A stretch of 64,000 nt of DNA. It comes from Bacteroidota bacterium. GTDB lineage: Bacteria; Bacteroidota; Ignavibacteria; Kapaibacteriales; Kapaibacteriaceae. How positions within the stretch are numbered: position 1 is the stretch's first letter; every line of letters begins with the position of its first letter. The notes beneath the pieces were generated by a model. It saw nothing but the letters and a program-made list of their open reading frames with translations. It had not been told where the DNA came from and did not search any database. Of the stretch, positions 28,347 through 38,958 are shown one piece after another. Made by a program: the position numbers and the translations under genes. The stretch covers positions 21,610 to 85,609 of the forward strand of contig JBDKEN010000001.1 in the NCBI GenBank assembly GCA_039795225.1. The letters are read 5' to 3'.

Positions 28347-29083
28347 TGGCAGAGAATGACATGAAACCCGCGGGATCTGAAAAGAAAAGATCCGAGCGTG
28401 AGTTTCTCGCTGGCCCCCACTCTCGAATTCGTGAGTTTCTGTTCGTTGTGCGAGTGATGACGGAGTTCATCCGTGGATTCCGCATCCTGCACTTTGTCGG
28501 TCCATGCATCACTGTGTTTGGCTCGGCCCGCTTTAAGGAAGATCATCCCCACTATCAGCTCGCACGAGCCGTCGGAGCTCGCCTTGCGGAAATGGGCTTC
28601 ACCGTGATGACAGGAGGTGGTCCAGGCATCATGGAGGCAGCAAACCGCGGTGCCAAGGAAGCTGGTGGGACGAGCATCGGACTGAATATCGAACTCCCCT
28701 TTGAGCAGCATGCGAATCCATGGCTTGATGTCATGGTGATGTTCGAGCACTTTTTCGTCCGCAAAGTCATGCTGGTGAAGTATTCCCTCGGCTTCGTGGT
28801 GATGCCCGGTGGCTTTGGAACAATGGATGAACTCTTTGAAGCTATCACGCTCATCCAGACGAAGAAGATCACCAACTTCCCGATCGTCCTTATGGGCAAG
28901 GAATACTATGCCGAAGTTGTGGAGGCGATCAACAATCGCATGGTAAAGGAAGGAACGATCTCGAAGGAAGACCTCGACCTGTTTCTTGTGACGGACAGTA
29001 TCGACGAAATGGAAGACTTTCTCCGTGCTCGCGTCGTGAAGCGATTTGGCTTGAAGCAGCAACTCTTCATCCCACGCTCATGA
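28346..29083 (+). CDS. LOG-family (TIGR00730-type) nucleotide 5'-monophosphate nucleosidase, long type II form
   Basis: ATG at 28346 (MAENDMKP). VFGSARF, MTGGGPGIMEAANRGA, PGGFGTMDELFEAITLIQTKK. Confidence 0.8.
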   Translation: MAENDMKPAGSEKKRSEREFLAGPHSRIREFLFVVRVMTEFIRGFRILHFVGPCITVFGSARFKEDHPHYQLARAVGARLAEMGFTVMTGGGPGIMEAANRGAKEAGGTSIGLNIELPFEQHANPWLDVMVMFEHFFVRKVMLVKYSLGFVVMPGGFGTMDELFEAITLIQTKKITNFPIVLMGKEYYAEVVEAINNRMVKEGTISKEDLDLFLVTDSIDEMEDFLRARVVKRFGLKQQLFIPRS

Positions 29084-29652
29084 ACATCTGTGTCTACTGC
29101 GGATCCCGAGTTGGAGATCGTCCCGAATATTATGACGCGGCCGTCGCCGTTGGTCACGAGATCCTGCGTCGCGGCTGGGGCTTGGTCTACGGTGGTGGTG
29201 GCATCGGCCTGATGGGCGTCATTGCGCGGACCGTCTTTGAAGCTGGTGGACATGTCACAGGCATCATTCCAACGTTCCTTGCTACAAAAGAAATCGCCTT
29301 CTGGGAGTGCACTGAACTGCTCGAGGTACCTTCGATGCACATCCGAAAGCAGCTCATGATCGACCGATCAGACATGCTCCTTGCGATTCCCGGCGGACTT
29401 GGAACAATGGATGAACTCTTCGAGGCCCTCACATGGCGTCAGCTGGGCCTGCATGACCGACCGATTGGACTGCTAAACGCGCATGGCTTTTTCGACCCAC
29501 TGCTTGCAATGAATGCGCATATGGTTGCACGGGGCTTTGCAGATCAGAAGCATACTGATGCACTTGTGCACCATCACGACGTCAGTCCACTTTTTGACAT
29601 GCTTGCGTCATTAGCAAGCCATGGCCGATCACGACTTGATGGTCTCACATAG
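29080..29652 (+). CDS. LOG-family (TIGR00730-type) cytokinin-riboside-5'-monophosphate phosphoribohydrolase-like protein, short type I form
   Basis: MNICVYCGS, VYGGGGIGLMG, PGGLGTMDELFEALTWRQLGLHDRPIGLLN. ATGA overlap with the upstream LOG gene. Confidence 0.85.
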   Translation: MNICVYCGSRVGDRPEYYDAAVAVGHEILRRGWGLVYGGGGIGLMGVIARTVFEAGGHVTGIIPTFLATKEIAFWECTELLEVPSMHIRKQLMIDRSDMLLAIPGGLGTMDELFEALTWRQLGLHDRPIGLLNAHGFFDPLLAMNAHMVARGFADQKHTDALVHHHDVSPLFDMLASLASHGRSRLDGLT

Positions 29653-29661
29653 GACCTGATA

Positions 29662-32600
29662 GTGCTTCGCGATCTTTTCTTTCAAAGCGCTACGCCAATC
29701 ATCCGGCTCGGCCGTACACGTCCACTCACGTCGGACGATGCTCCGCCCCTTCCCCCGGGGTTACGACCTGAGGAGGCATCAGCATCGTTTTCGACGCTTT
29801 CGACGCAGAGTTTCCGGCACTTTGTTCTGTCGGTTTTCTGGGCCACGGGCGGTCCTGCTCGTCGGGTCCTAACGATCATCACCATTCGCAACATTGTGAT
29901 GCTCGCAACCCCGGTGTTACTGCATAGCGTTCTATCGCAGCTTCCGAGCGTTTCCTCGTCTGTAGAATTTCCACGTGCCGCACTTGTCACGGCCATCGCA
30001 CTTGGCACCGTTGGTATCGTTGGTGCGCTGCTGAACCAGCATATGTTTTTCAATATGCTGCGTGGGTTTGCAACAATTGTCAACGGACTAAACGATCGCA
30101 TCGTTCACCATGCACTTCGACTGCGACGCTCCTCGCGATCACAGATGCAGACTGGAGATCTGGTCAATCACCTCTCCAGTGATACCGATGCTATGGCTGA
30201 GGCGATGTTCTTCATCCCGGAGTTCTACAACACGGCACTCGAGACGATTGTCGTCATGGCCATGCTTTGGTGGTATCTCGGACCGGCGTCGCTCGCATCA
30301 TTTGCGATGCTTGCGCTGATTGCCCCGCTTTCGATTGTTGTTGCTCGACGGTATCGTCGACTTGACCACGACCTGATGGAACTCCGAGATGAGCGTGTAA
30401 CGCTGATGTCGCAGATCCTCCAGGGAATTCGTGTCGTCAAGTTTCATGCGTGGGAACAGAGTGTTCGCGCCGAAGTTGTCGACGTGCGCCGACGTGAAGT
30501 TGGAACCAAGGTTCGCATCGTCCGCACCGATGCACTCAGCACGATGATCTTTGTGAGTACATCAACGCTCGTGGGATTCTCCGGTTTTGGTGCCTATGTG
30601 GCAATGGGAGGTGAGCTTACTACGCCGTTGATCTTTGCATGCTTAGCATTGTTTACAATGCTGGAAGAACCGTTTGGAGTGGTCAGCCATCTCCTTTCCA
30701 ACATGCAGCATGCTCGAGTGGCCACGGGTCGTCTTCATCGGTTCTTTACGGCATCTGTGCGTGATCATGATGAGCGGCCACCATCAGCCCCATCCCATCC
30801 CGTTGAACTCGTTGCCGAGAATTTATCGCTGACATATCCTGATGCAGAGGAGCCGAGTCTACACAGTCTGAACATGAGCATTGCTGCAGGTTCAAGCGTT
30901 GCCATCATCGGCTCTGTTGGGTCTGGAAAGAGCACACTCTTGCGCACGCTCACGGGGCTCCATGTTCCGTCGACCGGCACCGTACGCTATGCCAACATCC
31001 GTTCAGCAGAGCGTGCACGCATCGGCTATGTTCCGCAGGAGGCCTTCATCATGAATGCCTCGATACGAGAGAACATCACGTTTGGAGAGGACCTTGATCC
31101 GAACCATTTGCTCAAAGCGATCAGAATCTCAGCATTGGAGACGGATCTCACACTGATGTCAGCAGGGCTCGATACCGAGATCGGCGAGCGCGGGGTAAAC
31201 CTTTCCGGTGGCCAAAAGCAGCGAGTCTCCTTGGCTCGTGCAGCCTACTATCGTCCGGGTATCGTGATGCTCGACGACCCTCTGTCAGCTGTTGATGTTC
31301 ATACAGAGCGTGCTCTGGTCGACGATCTCCTCTTCGGCGAGTGGAGCACGATCACACGGATCGTTGTGACGCATCGGCTTGCACATTTGCATCGTTTTGA
31401 CACAATCGTGCTCATGGAACGTGGTGCCATCGTTGCCATGGGCTCATACGACGAGATACAGCATCATCCGGCGATGCGTGATCTTCTTCAGCATGAGCAC
31501 GCGGCCCTTCCCGAGCAGTCATCGCACGAGCTAGCATCCTCTCCGCAACAGACACAGCGCGAACTCTCCGCGGAGTCCTCGACAGCTTCGAATCGTCTGA
31601 CGGTAGATGAAGATCGCGTCACAGGAGCCGTAGGTGCTGACGTATACATCACCTATCTCCGAGCGATGATCGGCCGGGCGTGGACGGCCCCATTCCTCCT
31701 GCTTGCCTTGCTGGGATCGGTGATCCTGATCACGCTATTGCCGATGCTCCAAACCTCATGGCTCGGGTATTGGTCGGATGTCACCAATGGTCGCGATGGC
31801 ACTGGTCTGTGGTCATGGCTTGGACCTATCGTCGAGCATGGAGATCTTTCAGCACCAACAGCTATCACCATCTATGGTGTCCTTGGCATGGTCGTTCTCT
31901 CAGCATGGGCTGGCGAGCGACTCACCTGGCTTTCTCGCACGGCATCTGCAGCGCGAACAATACATGATGACGCACTCAGGGGAGTGCTCGCAGCACCATT
32001 GCGGTTCTTTGACAGCACACCGATGGGACGGATCTTGAATCGGTTTGCTCGTGATATGGAGGGCGTCGATGATCACCTCTCGTGGAACATCGAGCAGTCG
32101 TTCAAGTCCCTAACGCAGACGCTTGGTTCAATGCTCCTCATCATGAGCGTGCTGCCATTGATTATCGTCGTGATCATTCCTGTTTTCATCCTGTATTATC
32201 GTCTACAGCGAGATTATCGTCGCAGTGCGCGTGAAGCAAAGAGGCTCGAGTCAATTAGTCGTTCTTCTCGATACGCGCACTTCAAGGAGCTTGTTACGGG
32301 GCTCGACGTGATTCACGGATTTGCTCGCGAAGGGCATTTCATTGCAACACACCGGGCCATTCTTGGTCGATATCAGCGGGCGTATTGGTGCAGCATCATG
32401 CTGAATCGCTGGTTTTCAACTCGCGTGCCTCTCACGGGTGGACTCGTAGCCGTTGCTACCAGCATCTTGATCATCCTTGCGGCATGGAATGGAACAATCT
32501 CGCCTGGAGTTGCTGGACTTGTGATGACCTACGCAATCAGCTTCTGGGCCACACTTAACTGGACGATTCGAGCCTTCAGCGAAGTTGAATCACGGATGAC

Positions 32601-33363
32601 GTCGGTTGAACGACTCGAGACATTCGCCAAACTTCCAAGCGAGCCGCGCATCACCTCAGAGCCCCTTCTTGACGATCAATCATCGTGGCCTACAAAGGGG
32701 GCTCTGCAGATTGAGGACCTTCACGTTCGTTACGCCGAGCACTTACCGATGGTATTACATGGCGTTAGCTTCTCGGTCGAACCAGGTCAAAGTGTCGGTA
32801 TCGTCGGCAGAACCGGCTCAGGAAAGTCCACGCTATTTCAGTCACTCTTCCGCTTCGTCGAGCCTGCACACGGACGGATCTGCATTGACGGTGTTGATAT
32901 AACGTCGATCCCACTTGACCGATTACGGCGCAACATTGCGATCATCCCACAAGATCCAACACTGTTCATCGGAACAGTGCGGCGTAATCTTGATCGTTTC
33001 CAGGAATGTTCGGACGAGGCGATATGGGAGGCACTTCGCCGTGTTCAATTGTCGGATGTTATTCGCGACACTCCGGGTGGATTACATGCACCCGTTATTG
33101 AAGGTGGTGCCAATTTCTCCCAAGGTCAGCGGCAACTCCTTTGTCTGGCACGAGCAATTCTCATCCGTGCGCGAGTGATCGTCCTCGACGAGGCAACCGC
33201 AAGCGTCGATGTCCGGACGGACAATCTGATTCAGCGGACGATTCGCGAAGAGTTTCGAGATGTTACAGTGCTGACGATTGCGCATCGACTCGATACCGTG
33301 GCTGATGCAGACATGATCGTTGAACTCTCAGCTGGTCGTGTGGCGAAGATTACCAGACGTTAA
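29662..33363 (+). CDS. Full-length (TMD-NBD)x2 ABC exporter, ABCC/MRP-like
   Basis: GTG start. NBD1 has GSVGSGKST / LSGGQKQRVSLARA / VMLDDPLSAVD. NBD2 has GRTGSGKST / FSQGQRQLLCLARA / IVLDEATASVD. Each NBD is preceded by a six-helix-type TMD. Confidence 0.85.
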   Translation: MLRDLFFQSATPIIRLGRTRPLTSDDAPPLPPGLRPEEASASFSTLSTQSFRHFVLSVFWATGGPARRVLTIITIRNIVMLATPVLLHSVLSQLPSVSSSVEFPRAALVTAIALGTVGIVGALLNQHMFFNMLRGFATIVNGLNDRIVHHALRLRRSSRSQMQTGDLVNHLSSDTDAMAEAMFFIPEFYNTALETIVVMAMLWWYLGPASLASFAMLALIAPLSIVVARRYRRLDHDLMELRDERVTLMSQILQGIRVVKFHAWEQSVRAEVVDVRRREVGTKVRIVRTDALSTMIFVSTSTLVGFSGFGAYVAMGGELTTPLIFACLALFTMLEEPFGVVSHLLSNMQHARVATGRLHRFFTASVRDHDERPPSAPSHPVELVAENLSLTYPDAEEPSLHSLNMSIAAGSSVAIIGSVGSGKSTLLRTLTGLHVPSTGTVRYANIRSAERARIGYVPQEAFIMNASIRENITFGEDLDPNHLLKAIRISALETDLTLMSAGLDTEIGERGVNLSGGQKQRVSLARAAYYRPGIVMLDDPLSAVDVHTERALVDDLLFGEWSTITRIVVTHRLAHLHRFDTIVLMERGAIVAMGSYDEIQHHPAMRDLLQHEHAALPEQSSHELASSPQQTQRELSAESSTASNRLTVDEDRVTGAVGADVYITYLRAMIGRAWTAPFLLLALLGSVILITLLPMLQTSWLGYWSDVTNGRDGTGLWSWLGPIVEHGDLSAPTAITIYGVLGMVVLSAWAGERLTWLSRTASAARTIHDDALRGVLAAPLRFFDSTPMGRILNRFARDMEGVDDHLSWNIEQSFKSLTQTLGSMLLIMSVLPLIIVVIIPVFILYYRLQRDYRRSAREAKRLESISRSSRYAHFKELVTGLDVIHGFAREGHFIATHRAILGRYQRAYWCSIMLNRWFSTRVPLTGGLVAVATSILIILAAWNGTISPGVAGLVMTYAISFWATLNWTIRAFSEVESRMTSVERLETFAKLPSEPRITSEPLLDDQSSWPTKGALQIEDLHVRYAEHLPMVLHGVSFSVEPGQSVGIVGRTGSGKSTLFQSLFRFVEPAHGRICIDGVDITSIPLDRLRRNIAIIPQDPTLFIGTVRRNLDRFQECSDEAIWEALRRVQLSDVIRDTPGGLHAPVIEGGANFSQGQRQLLCLARAILIRARVIVLDEATASVDVRTDNLIQRTIREEFRDVTVLTIAHRLDTVADADMIVELSAGRVAKITRR

Positions 33364-34369
33364 CTTCACGCTCCAGCTGGATATCAAAACGTTCGGCGAC
33401 GCTTTGCTGAATGCGTTGCGATAGAGCGATGATTTCCTCTCCGCGCGCAGCACCATGGTTCACCAGCACAAGTGCCTGACGATCATGAACGCCGGCATCA
33501 CCTTGGCGAGCCCCCTTCCAACCACATTGATCGATAAGCCAGGCAGCAGCAAGCTTGACGCGGCCATCTGTCTGAGGGTACATCGGTACATCAGCATGTG
33601 CACTCTGCAAACGGGCAGCAACCTCGGTTGTAACAACAGGATTCTTGAAGAACGAACCCGTATTGCCGATTTGCGCCGGATCAGGAAGCTTGCGTCGTCG
33701 CACAGCGACGACTGCATGCATGATATCAACGATGGACGGCGTAGTCACGGACATCGCTGCGAGCTCATCACGAACATCGCGATAGTCGGCTGCGATACGA
33801 GGCTCGAGGCTGAGTCGATATGTCACAGACGTGATAATCATGCGATCACGATACGCATGCTTGAAGATGCTTTCTCGATATCCAAAGGCGCAATTCTCGG
33901 GCATGCATCGCACAAGTTCCCCCGTCTCGCGATCGAGTGCTTCACATTCTTCAAAGATGGATGCCTGCTCAACGCCATACGCACCGATATTCTGCATCGG
34001 AGCTGCACCAACCGTCCCTGGAATCAGCGCCATGTTTTCCATCCCGCCCCATCCCTGCGATACGGTCCACTCGACGACGTCATGCCAGATTTCGCCGGCA
34101 CCAAGACGCACGTGTACAACAGCATCATCGATACAGACGGCACGCTCACGAATCCGCATCGCAATGACCAGACCGTCAATGCGATCGGATGTAGGCACGA
34201 TGTTACTTCCTCCACCGAGGATATGGACCTTCCAGGCATTAACCGAAGCAAGATGCAGTGCTGCGCGAAGCGCTTCAACTGAGGATACCTCGATGAAATG
34301 CTCTGCCGTGGTGTGGCAGTGCATGGTCATCATTGACGAAAGATCGATATCGTGCTGTACGTCAAGCAT
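33350..34369 (-). CDS. murB: UDP-N-acetylenolpyruvoylglucosamine reductase
   Basis: FAD-binding HILGGGSNIV, MurB C-terminal blocks GSFFKNP and AAWLIDQCGWKG. Confidence 0.9.
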   Translation of the reverse strand: MLDVQHDIDLSSMMTMHCHTTAEHFIEVSSVEALRAALHLASVNAWKVHILGGGSNIVPTSDRIDGLVIAMRIRERAVCIDDAVVHVRLGAGEIWHDVVEWTVSQGWGGMENMALIPGTVGAAPMQNIGAYGVEQASIFEECEALDRETGELVRCMPENCAFGYRESIFKHAYRDRMIITSVTYRLSLEPRIAADYRDVRDELAAMSVTTPSIVDIMHAVVAVRRRKLPDPAQIGNTGSFFKNPVVTTEVAARLQSAHADVPMYPQTDGRVKLAAAWLIDQCGWKGARQGDAGVHDRQALVLVNHGAARGEEIIALSQRIQQSVAERFDIQLEREVNVW

Positions 34370-34375
34370 CTCTTC

Positions 34376-37300
34376 CTAGCGTACAATGATAACGGGACAA
34401 TGCTGCACGTGATGCTCGCTTCGGAGCACAAGTTGATAGAGACCTGATGGAAGATCCGATACATCAACACGCACATCTGTTCCTGTCGCCTCAATATTCC
34501 GCATCGTTTGCCCCTGCATACTCAGAAGCTGGACCAACGTGCCAGGGCGAATAGTATCGAGATGCAGTGCCTCATGCACGAGCTGTGGCATCGCCGAGAC
34601 ATTGCCATCGGTAGAACTCACGGATGTTGTACCGAGCTCCCACCAAAACGTTGTACCCTTCTCAAACTGACGTGACGGGGTTACCCTGAGCCGGACCGTG
34701 CCAAGATTATCGAATGCGGCCCGCGCCTCGAGAATGCTGCCATTTGTTGCTGATCGCACAACCTGATTATCGAGAACGTCATGGCCACGTAGACCGACAA
34801 CAACATCGACCGGCTCCGGAATCGGTATTTCGGTGTCATAGCTCATGGAGATGTCGCCACGCTCATACAATCGTACCTGCATTGAGAGTCGACCCAGGTT
34901 CACGACACCGCCTTGATAGTAGTCGTACGAAAGAAGTGTCATGCCCCTCCACTCAACTACGATACTGCGATCGGGAGCCGTCCCCTCGACGGTCCAGCAG
35001 ATCCGTGCACCATTGGGGGCATTCGTATCCAGCGTCATATCGAACGCAAACGGAGCGATGATCACGTCTGCATCATTCCACATTGAGAGTGGAGCCCGCG
35101 CCCACGCTGGCAAGGGGCGAGCACCAAAGCTCACGAAACCATTCGTATGGATGAACATCGTGTCAAGTGTCCGATCGAGGATGCCGACAGTAAATGGCAG
35201 TGCAACCGGCGTTACGATGCGACCAAACTGCGACAGGTCCCGCACAATTGTTGGATTGTCAAGTGGACGATACGTTCCTTGCTCGCTTCGAAAACGATAC
35301 TGACGCGCAAGGAGGGGACGCCGACGTTCCTGAACGGTAACAACCGTAGCTGTTTCGTCATACATCGGCAGAAGATACCCCGGTGCTGATGCCGGCGCAT
35401 AGATTTGTGTATCAATCTGCGGCACGACATCGAATGAGCTTGATGCGCGAACATCCTCAATCACGGCAATGCCATCAGCATCTGTTTCACCCTTGAACAC
35501 CGTCGAGGATCCATACTCTGATACTTCATACCGAATATTGGGACTACGTCGCTGTTGGGGCATCGATGACCGTGCATAGGTAGTGGTTGCGAACGCAATT
35601 GTCGATGTCAACTTTGGAAGTACGGAAACCGAGTTCAACGATGCCGACTGTTGAGCGCCGTCGCCGGAAAGATCGAGGCGCACGGTGGTTGGTTCGAAGC
35701 GACGTCCGACTGCACTGGGCACGATGATGGTTCTGCCGAGTGGAAGGACTCGACGAACACGGACAGAGGTTTGCCCCTGTTCGGGGAATGGCATCGGCAC
35801 AACGGCGAGAACGCCCGGCAATCGGTCGCTAAAGATGTTGAGTATCGTTGCCGTCGTATCACCGCCATTATGAACGATGACATCGACGATCTGTCCTTTT
35901 GTTACCCAGATGTCTTTTCGTTCCAGTGTATCAGCTACTGCAACTCCGAGAGAGAAAGCATCTTCACCGACCTGCGCAGGATAGATAGTATAGGGGCCAT
36001 CGATATCAATGCTATACAAGCCTCGTCCCAATCCCGTAAATGTCCACGCTCCGTCGGCCGCAGTGGACACAATCGTATCTCCTGCAGGTTGTGGTGTGCC
36101 ACGGTATATCTCGTCATTAACGGCGCGGATCTTCAAGGTCACACCAGAAAGGGGCTGTTGTGTCTCGGCATCTCGAATCGTCCCGGTAATGGCGCTCGCA
36201 CGCGTCGCACTCTGCCCTCCAACACACGGACGATTTTGCAGGTACTCGCGCAGCACCAATCGGTGCATCGGATGAAACTCCAGGACGTCGTTTGAAGCGG
36301 GATCTCCTGTTGCCGCACAGTATGACATGATCGTGCCGCGGCTCGGCTTCACGTCATCACCCGAGAAGCATGTTCCCGATTCCGCCGTCACACAACTATC
36401 GAGCGCACCACCGGGCCAGTAGCAGCTATGCGTATGGATACCACCGCAGAGGTGACCCAGCTCGTGCGAAATGACAGAGACGTTCCACGACCATTGCGGA
36501 AAGGCCGTTGCTTCGGTATCGATATCGACAGCACAGTACGATCCGTCCTCGTCACAGAGACCACCAATGGTGGCGGCAATTCCACCAGCTGTTTCACGCG
36601 ATGTGATGAACAGTGCCGCATCTCGCTCTACAGTCTTCATGGTCGTTTGATAAACGTCGACAAAGGTGTCGAGAAGCGAGAAGACATCTTGCTGGGTTGG
36701 ATATGGGTCATTGGGAACATCCCATAACCGAAGGTTGGTGATGAGCACCTTGGTACGGAGCTCAGTTTCGTAGACCATGGCTACAGCCGCGAGATTAACC
36801 GCAATCCAGAGCCGTGCATCATCAACACCGCCAGCTGCGCGGACTGCATCATTGTCGACTTCAACCGCTAGCTGCAGCGTTAGCGTATCATTTGCAGCTG
36901 TTGCTTCTATCGTCTTGCTACCTGCCTGACGCAACGCCTGATGCGCAGCATCACTGATCTTCTCTGGATCGGTCTTGCATCCACGACTCGCGCTCGATGT
37001 CGGTGCGAATCGCAATTGTAGGGAGTTCGACGTATCACGGACAATCGTGGCACGATGTCCACTCTGCTGCGTTAGCCCCATTACGGCTCCGCGCCGATCG
37101 AGAGCAATGATCGTCCAGTCACTCCCAGCAGGCCCAGGCAACGTGCGGTAGAGCACGACATCCTGGGCAAGGGGCGACACATGTTCTGCCCCATCCGTCA
37201 CCACAACATTCTTTGCCCATGGGGATGTCCACGCAACACGCTCTAGCTTCGTGTGAATACGCCGACCGTTCGGATGCTGCACCGCAAGCGCTAATAATCT

Positions 37301-37438
37301 TGGGTGTTCACCGAAAACTCGCTGAACAGCTTGCGGCGTTGCATTATCGACGAGTTGCGGCAGTCCTTGAGCCGAGACCGCAACTGACGTTATCACGGCA
37401 GCAACAGCACAAACCTTGAGCACATGGTAAAGGGTCAT
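34376..37438 (-). CDS. Secreted metzincin zinc metalloprotease with T9SS C-terminal domain
   Basis: ATG at 37438 (MTLYHVLKVCAVAAVITSVAVSAQG signal). The listed longer ORF overlaps fumC. HELGHLCGGIHTH zinc motif, CarboxypepD_reg-like ITGTIRDAETQQPLSGVTL, and CTD-like end ...LPSGLYQLVLRSEHHVQHCPVIIVR. Confidence 0.75.
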   Translation of the reverse strand: MTLYHVLKVCAVAAVITSVAVSAQGLPQLVDNATPQAVQRVFGEHPRLLALAVQHPNGRRIHTKLERVAWTSPWAKNVVVTDGAEHVSPLAQDVVLYRTLPGPAGSDWTIIALDRRGAVMGLTQQSGHRATIVRDTSNSLQLRFAPTSSASRGCKTDPEKISDAAHQALRQAGSKTIEATAANDTLTLQLAVEVDNDAVRAAGGVDDARLWIAVNLAAVAMVYETELRTKVLITNLRLWDVPNDPYPTQQDVFSLLDTFVDVYQTTMKTVERDAALFITSRETAGGIAATIGGLCDEDGSYCAVDIDTEATAFPQWSWNVSVISHELGHLCGGIHTHSCYWPGGALDSCVTAESGTCFSGDDVKPSRGTIMSYCAATGDPASNDVLEFHPMHRLVLREYLQNRPCVGGQSATRASAITGTIRDAETQQPLSGVTLKIRAVNDEIYRGTPQPAGDTIVSTAADGAWTFTGLGRGLYSIDIDGPYTIYPAQVGEDAFSLGVAVADTLERKDIWVTKGQIVDVIVHNGGDTTATILNIFSDRLPGVLAVVPMPFPEQGQTSVRVRRVLPLGRTIIVPSAVGRRFEPTTVRLDLSGDGAQQSASLNSVSVLPKLTSTIAFATTTYARSSMPQQRRSPNIRYEVSEYGSSTVFKGETDADGIAVIEDVRASSSFDVVPQIDTQIYAPASAPGYLLPMYDETATVVTVQERRRPLLARQYRFRSEQGTYRPLDNPTIVRDLSQFGRIVTPVALPFTVGILDRTLDTMFIHTNGFVSFGARPLPAWARAPLSMWNDADVIIAPFAFDMTLDTNAPNGARICWTVEGTAPDRSIVVEWRGMTLLSYDYYQGGVVNLGRLSMQVRLYERGDISMSYDTEIPIPEPVDVVVGLRGHDVLDNQVVRSATNGSILEARAAFDNLGTVRLRVTPSRQFEKGTTFWWELGTTSVSSTDGNVSAMPQLVHEALHLDTIRPGTLVQLLSMQGQTMRNIEATGTDVRVDVSDLPSGLYQLVLRSEHHVQHCPVIIVR

Positions 37439-37475
37439 TGTCGTCCTCGGTGAATGCGACCGGAGGCTAGCCCCC

Positions 37476-38867
37476 TTACAAACTCGGCCCGAGCATATCC
37501 TCTGGTCGCACCCACGCATCGAACTGCTCTTCGGTGAGCAAGCCGAGGGCCAGTGCTTCCTGCTTGAGTGTCGTCCCATTCTTGTGCGCAGTCTTCGCAA
37601 TCTTGGCAGCGTTATCATAGCCAATGTGTGGATTGAGCGCCGTCACAAGCATGAGGGTATTGCGATTGTAGTAATCCAAGCGCTCAACATTTGGCGTAAT
37701 ACCAACAGCACAATGCTCGTTGAACATCGTACAGGTATCTGTAAGGAGCCGCGTGCTCTGCAATACGTTATAGATGATCACGGGCTTGAATACATTCAGT
37801 TCGAAGTTCCCGGAAGCACCACCAATGTTCACGGCAACGTCGTTACCCATTACCTGAGCAGCGACCATTGTCATGGCTTCACTCTGCGTTGGGTTCACCT
37901 TACCGGGCATGATTGATGAGCCTGGTTCGTTTTCAGGGATTGATATTTCGCCGAGGCCGCAGCGTGGACCCGATGACATCCAACGAATGTCGTTGGCAAT
38001 CTTCATAAGCGATGCTGCGAGCGTCTTGAGCGCGCCGTGAAGGAAGACTAATGCATCGTGTGCTGCGAGCGACTCGAACTTGTTTGGTGCCGACACAAAG
38101 GGCAGTCCGGTAAGCTCAGCAATCTTCGCTGCCGAGCGAACGGCAAACTCTGGATGCGTATTGAGTCCAGTACCAACGGCGGTGCCACCAAGGGCAAGCT
38201 CGTATACGCCGCTCATGGCAGCATGCATGCGTGCAAGGTCGTTCGTCAATGCTTGCGCATAGCCCGAGAACTCCTGACCGAGCGTGATTGGCGTAGCATC
38301 CATCAGGTGCGTACGACCGCTCTTGATCAGATCCTTAAACTCTTCAGACTTTGCTGCGAGCGTGTCACGCAGCTCGGTCACGGCAGGCACAAGACGCGAC
38401 GTCACACTGATTGCCGCTGCGATGTGCATCGCTGTTGGGAAGGTGTCGTTGGAGCTTTGCGACTTGTTAACATCGTCATTCGGATGAACGGGCTTCTTCG
38501 AGCCAAGCTCGCCCCCAGCCATCTCAATGGCACGGTTGGCAATCACCTCGTTCACGTTCATGTTGGTCTGTGTGCCCGAACCGGTCTGCCAGACACTCAG
38601 CGGAAAATGCTCAAACAGCTTGCCGTCGATCACCTCGTCACATGCCTTGACGATGAGATCCTTGGTCTCAGCCTTCAGCACACCGAGGTCAGCGTTCACC
38701 ATAGCGGCGGCCTTCTTGAGAATGGCCATCCCCTGGATGACTTCACGAGGCATGCGTTCTTCACCGATTGCGAAGTGGATTAACGACCTTGCGGTTTGTG
38801 CCCCGTAGTATGCTGTGGATGGAACGGCGATCTCGCCCATCGTGTCGCGTTCAATGCGTGTGCTCAT
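37476..38867 (-). CDS. fumC: Class II fumarate hydratase
   Basis: Signature [16 protein letters not shown] and full-length similarity to the remembered FumC pattern. Confidence 0.95.
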   Translation of the reverse strand: MSTRIERDTMGEIAVPSTAYYGAQTARSLIHFAIGEERMPREVIQGMAILKKAAAMVNADLGVLKAETKDLIVKACDEVIDGKLFEHFPLSVWQTGSGTQTNMNVNEVIANRAIEMAGGELGSKKPVHPNDDVNKSQSSNDTFPTAMHIAAAISVTSRLVPAVTELRDTLAAKSEEFKDLIKSGRTHLMDATPITLGQEFSGYAQALTNDLARMHAAMSGVYELALGGTAVGTGLNTHPEFAVRSAAKIAELTGLPFVSAPNKFESLAAHDALVFLHGALKTLAASLMKIANDIRWMSSGPRCGLGEISIPENEPGSSIMPGKVNPTQSEAMTMVAAQVMGNDVAVNIGGASGNFELNVFKPVIIYNVLQSTRLLTDTCTMFNEHCAVGITPNVERLDYYNRNTLMLVTALNPHIGYDNAAKIAKTAHKNGTTLKQEALALGLLTEEQFDAWVRPEDMLGPSL

Positions 38868-38958
38868 GACGTGTAATCGTGATGAAGTGATGTGATAGAC
38901 AATGATGTAATGATGCGGTTATCAAGGGACCGGACAGTGCAAAACTACGTCAAGGGGC

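Noticed and set aside
37439-37624. N-terminal extensions in the ORF track. Examples are 34376..37624 running into fumC, 50539.. before the signal peptide, 44942.. across arrays, 21438.. antisense to pyrE, 19668.. inside the permease, and 1420.., 16663.. and 24631.. with TTG starts.
   Set aside because: Internal ATG or GTG starts give canonical N-termini (signal peptides, conserved first residues) and remove large overlaps. The extensions have no support.
38868-38958. TGAT-rich fumC/tolC spacer (GTGATGAAGTGATGTGATAGACAATGATGTAATGATG) as another heptamer array.
   Set aside because: TGAT spacing is irregular (8, 5, 10, 8 nt), so there is no fixed 7-bp register.
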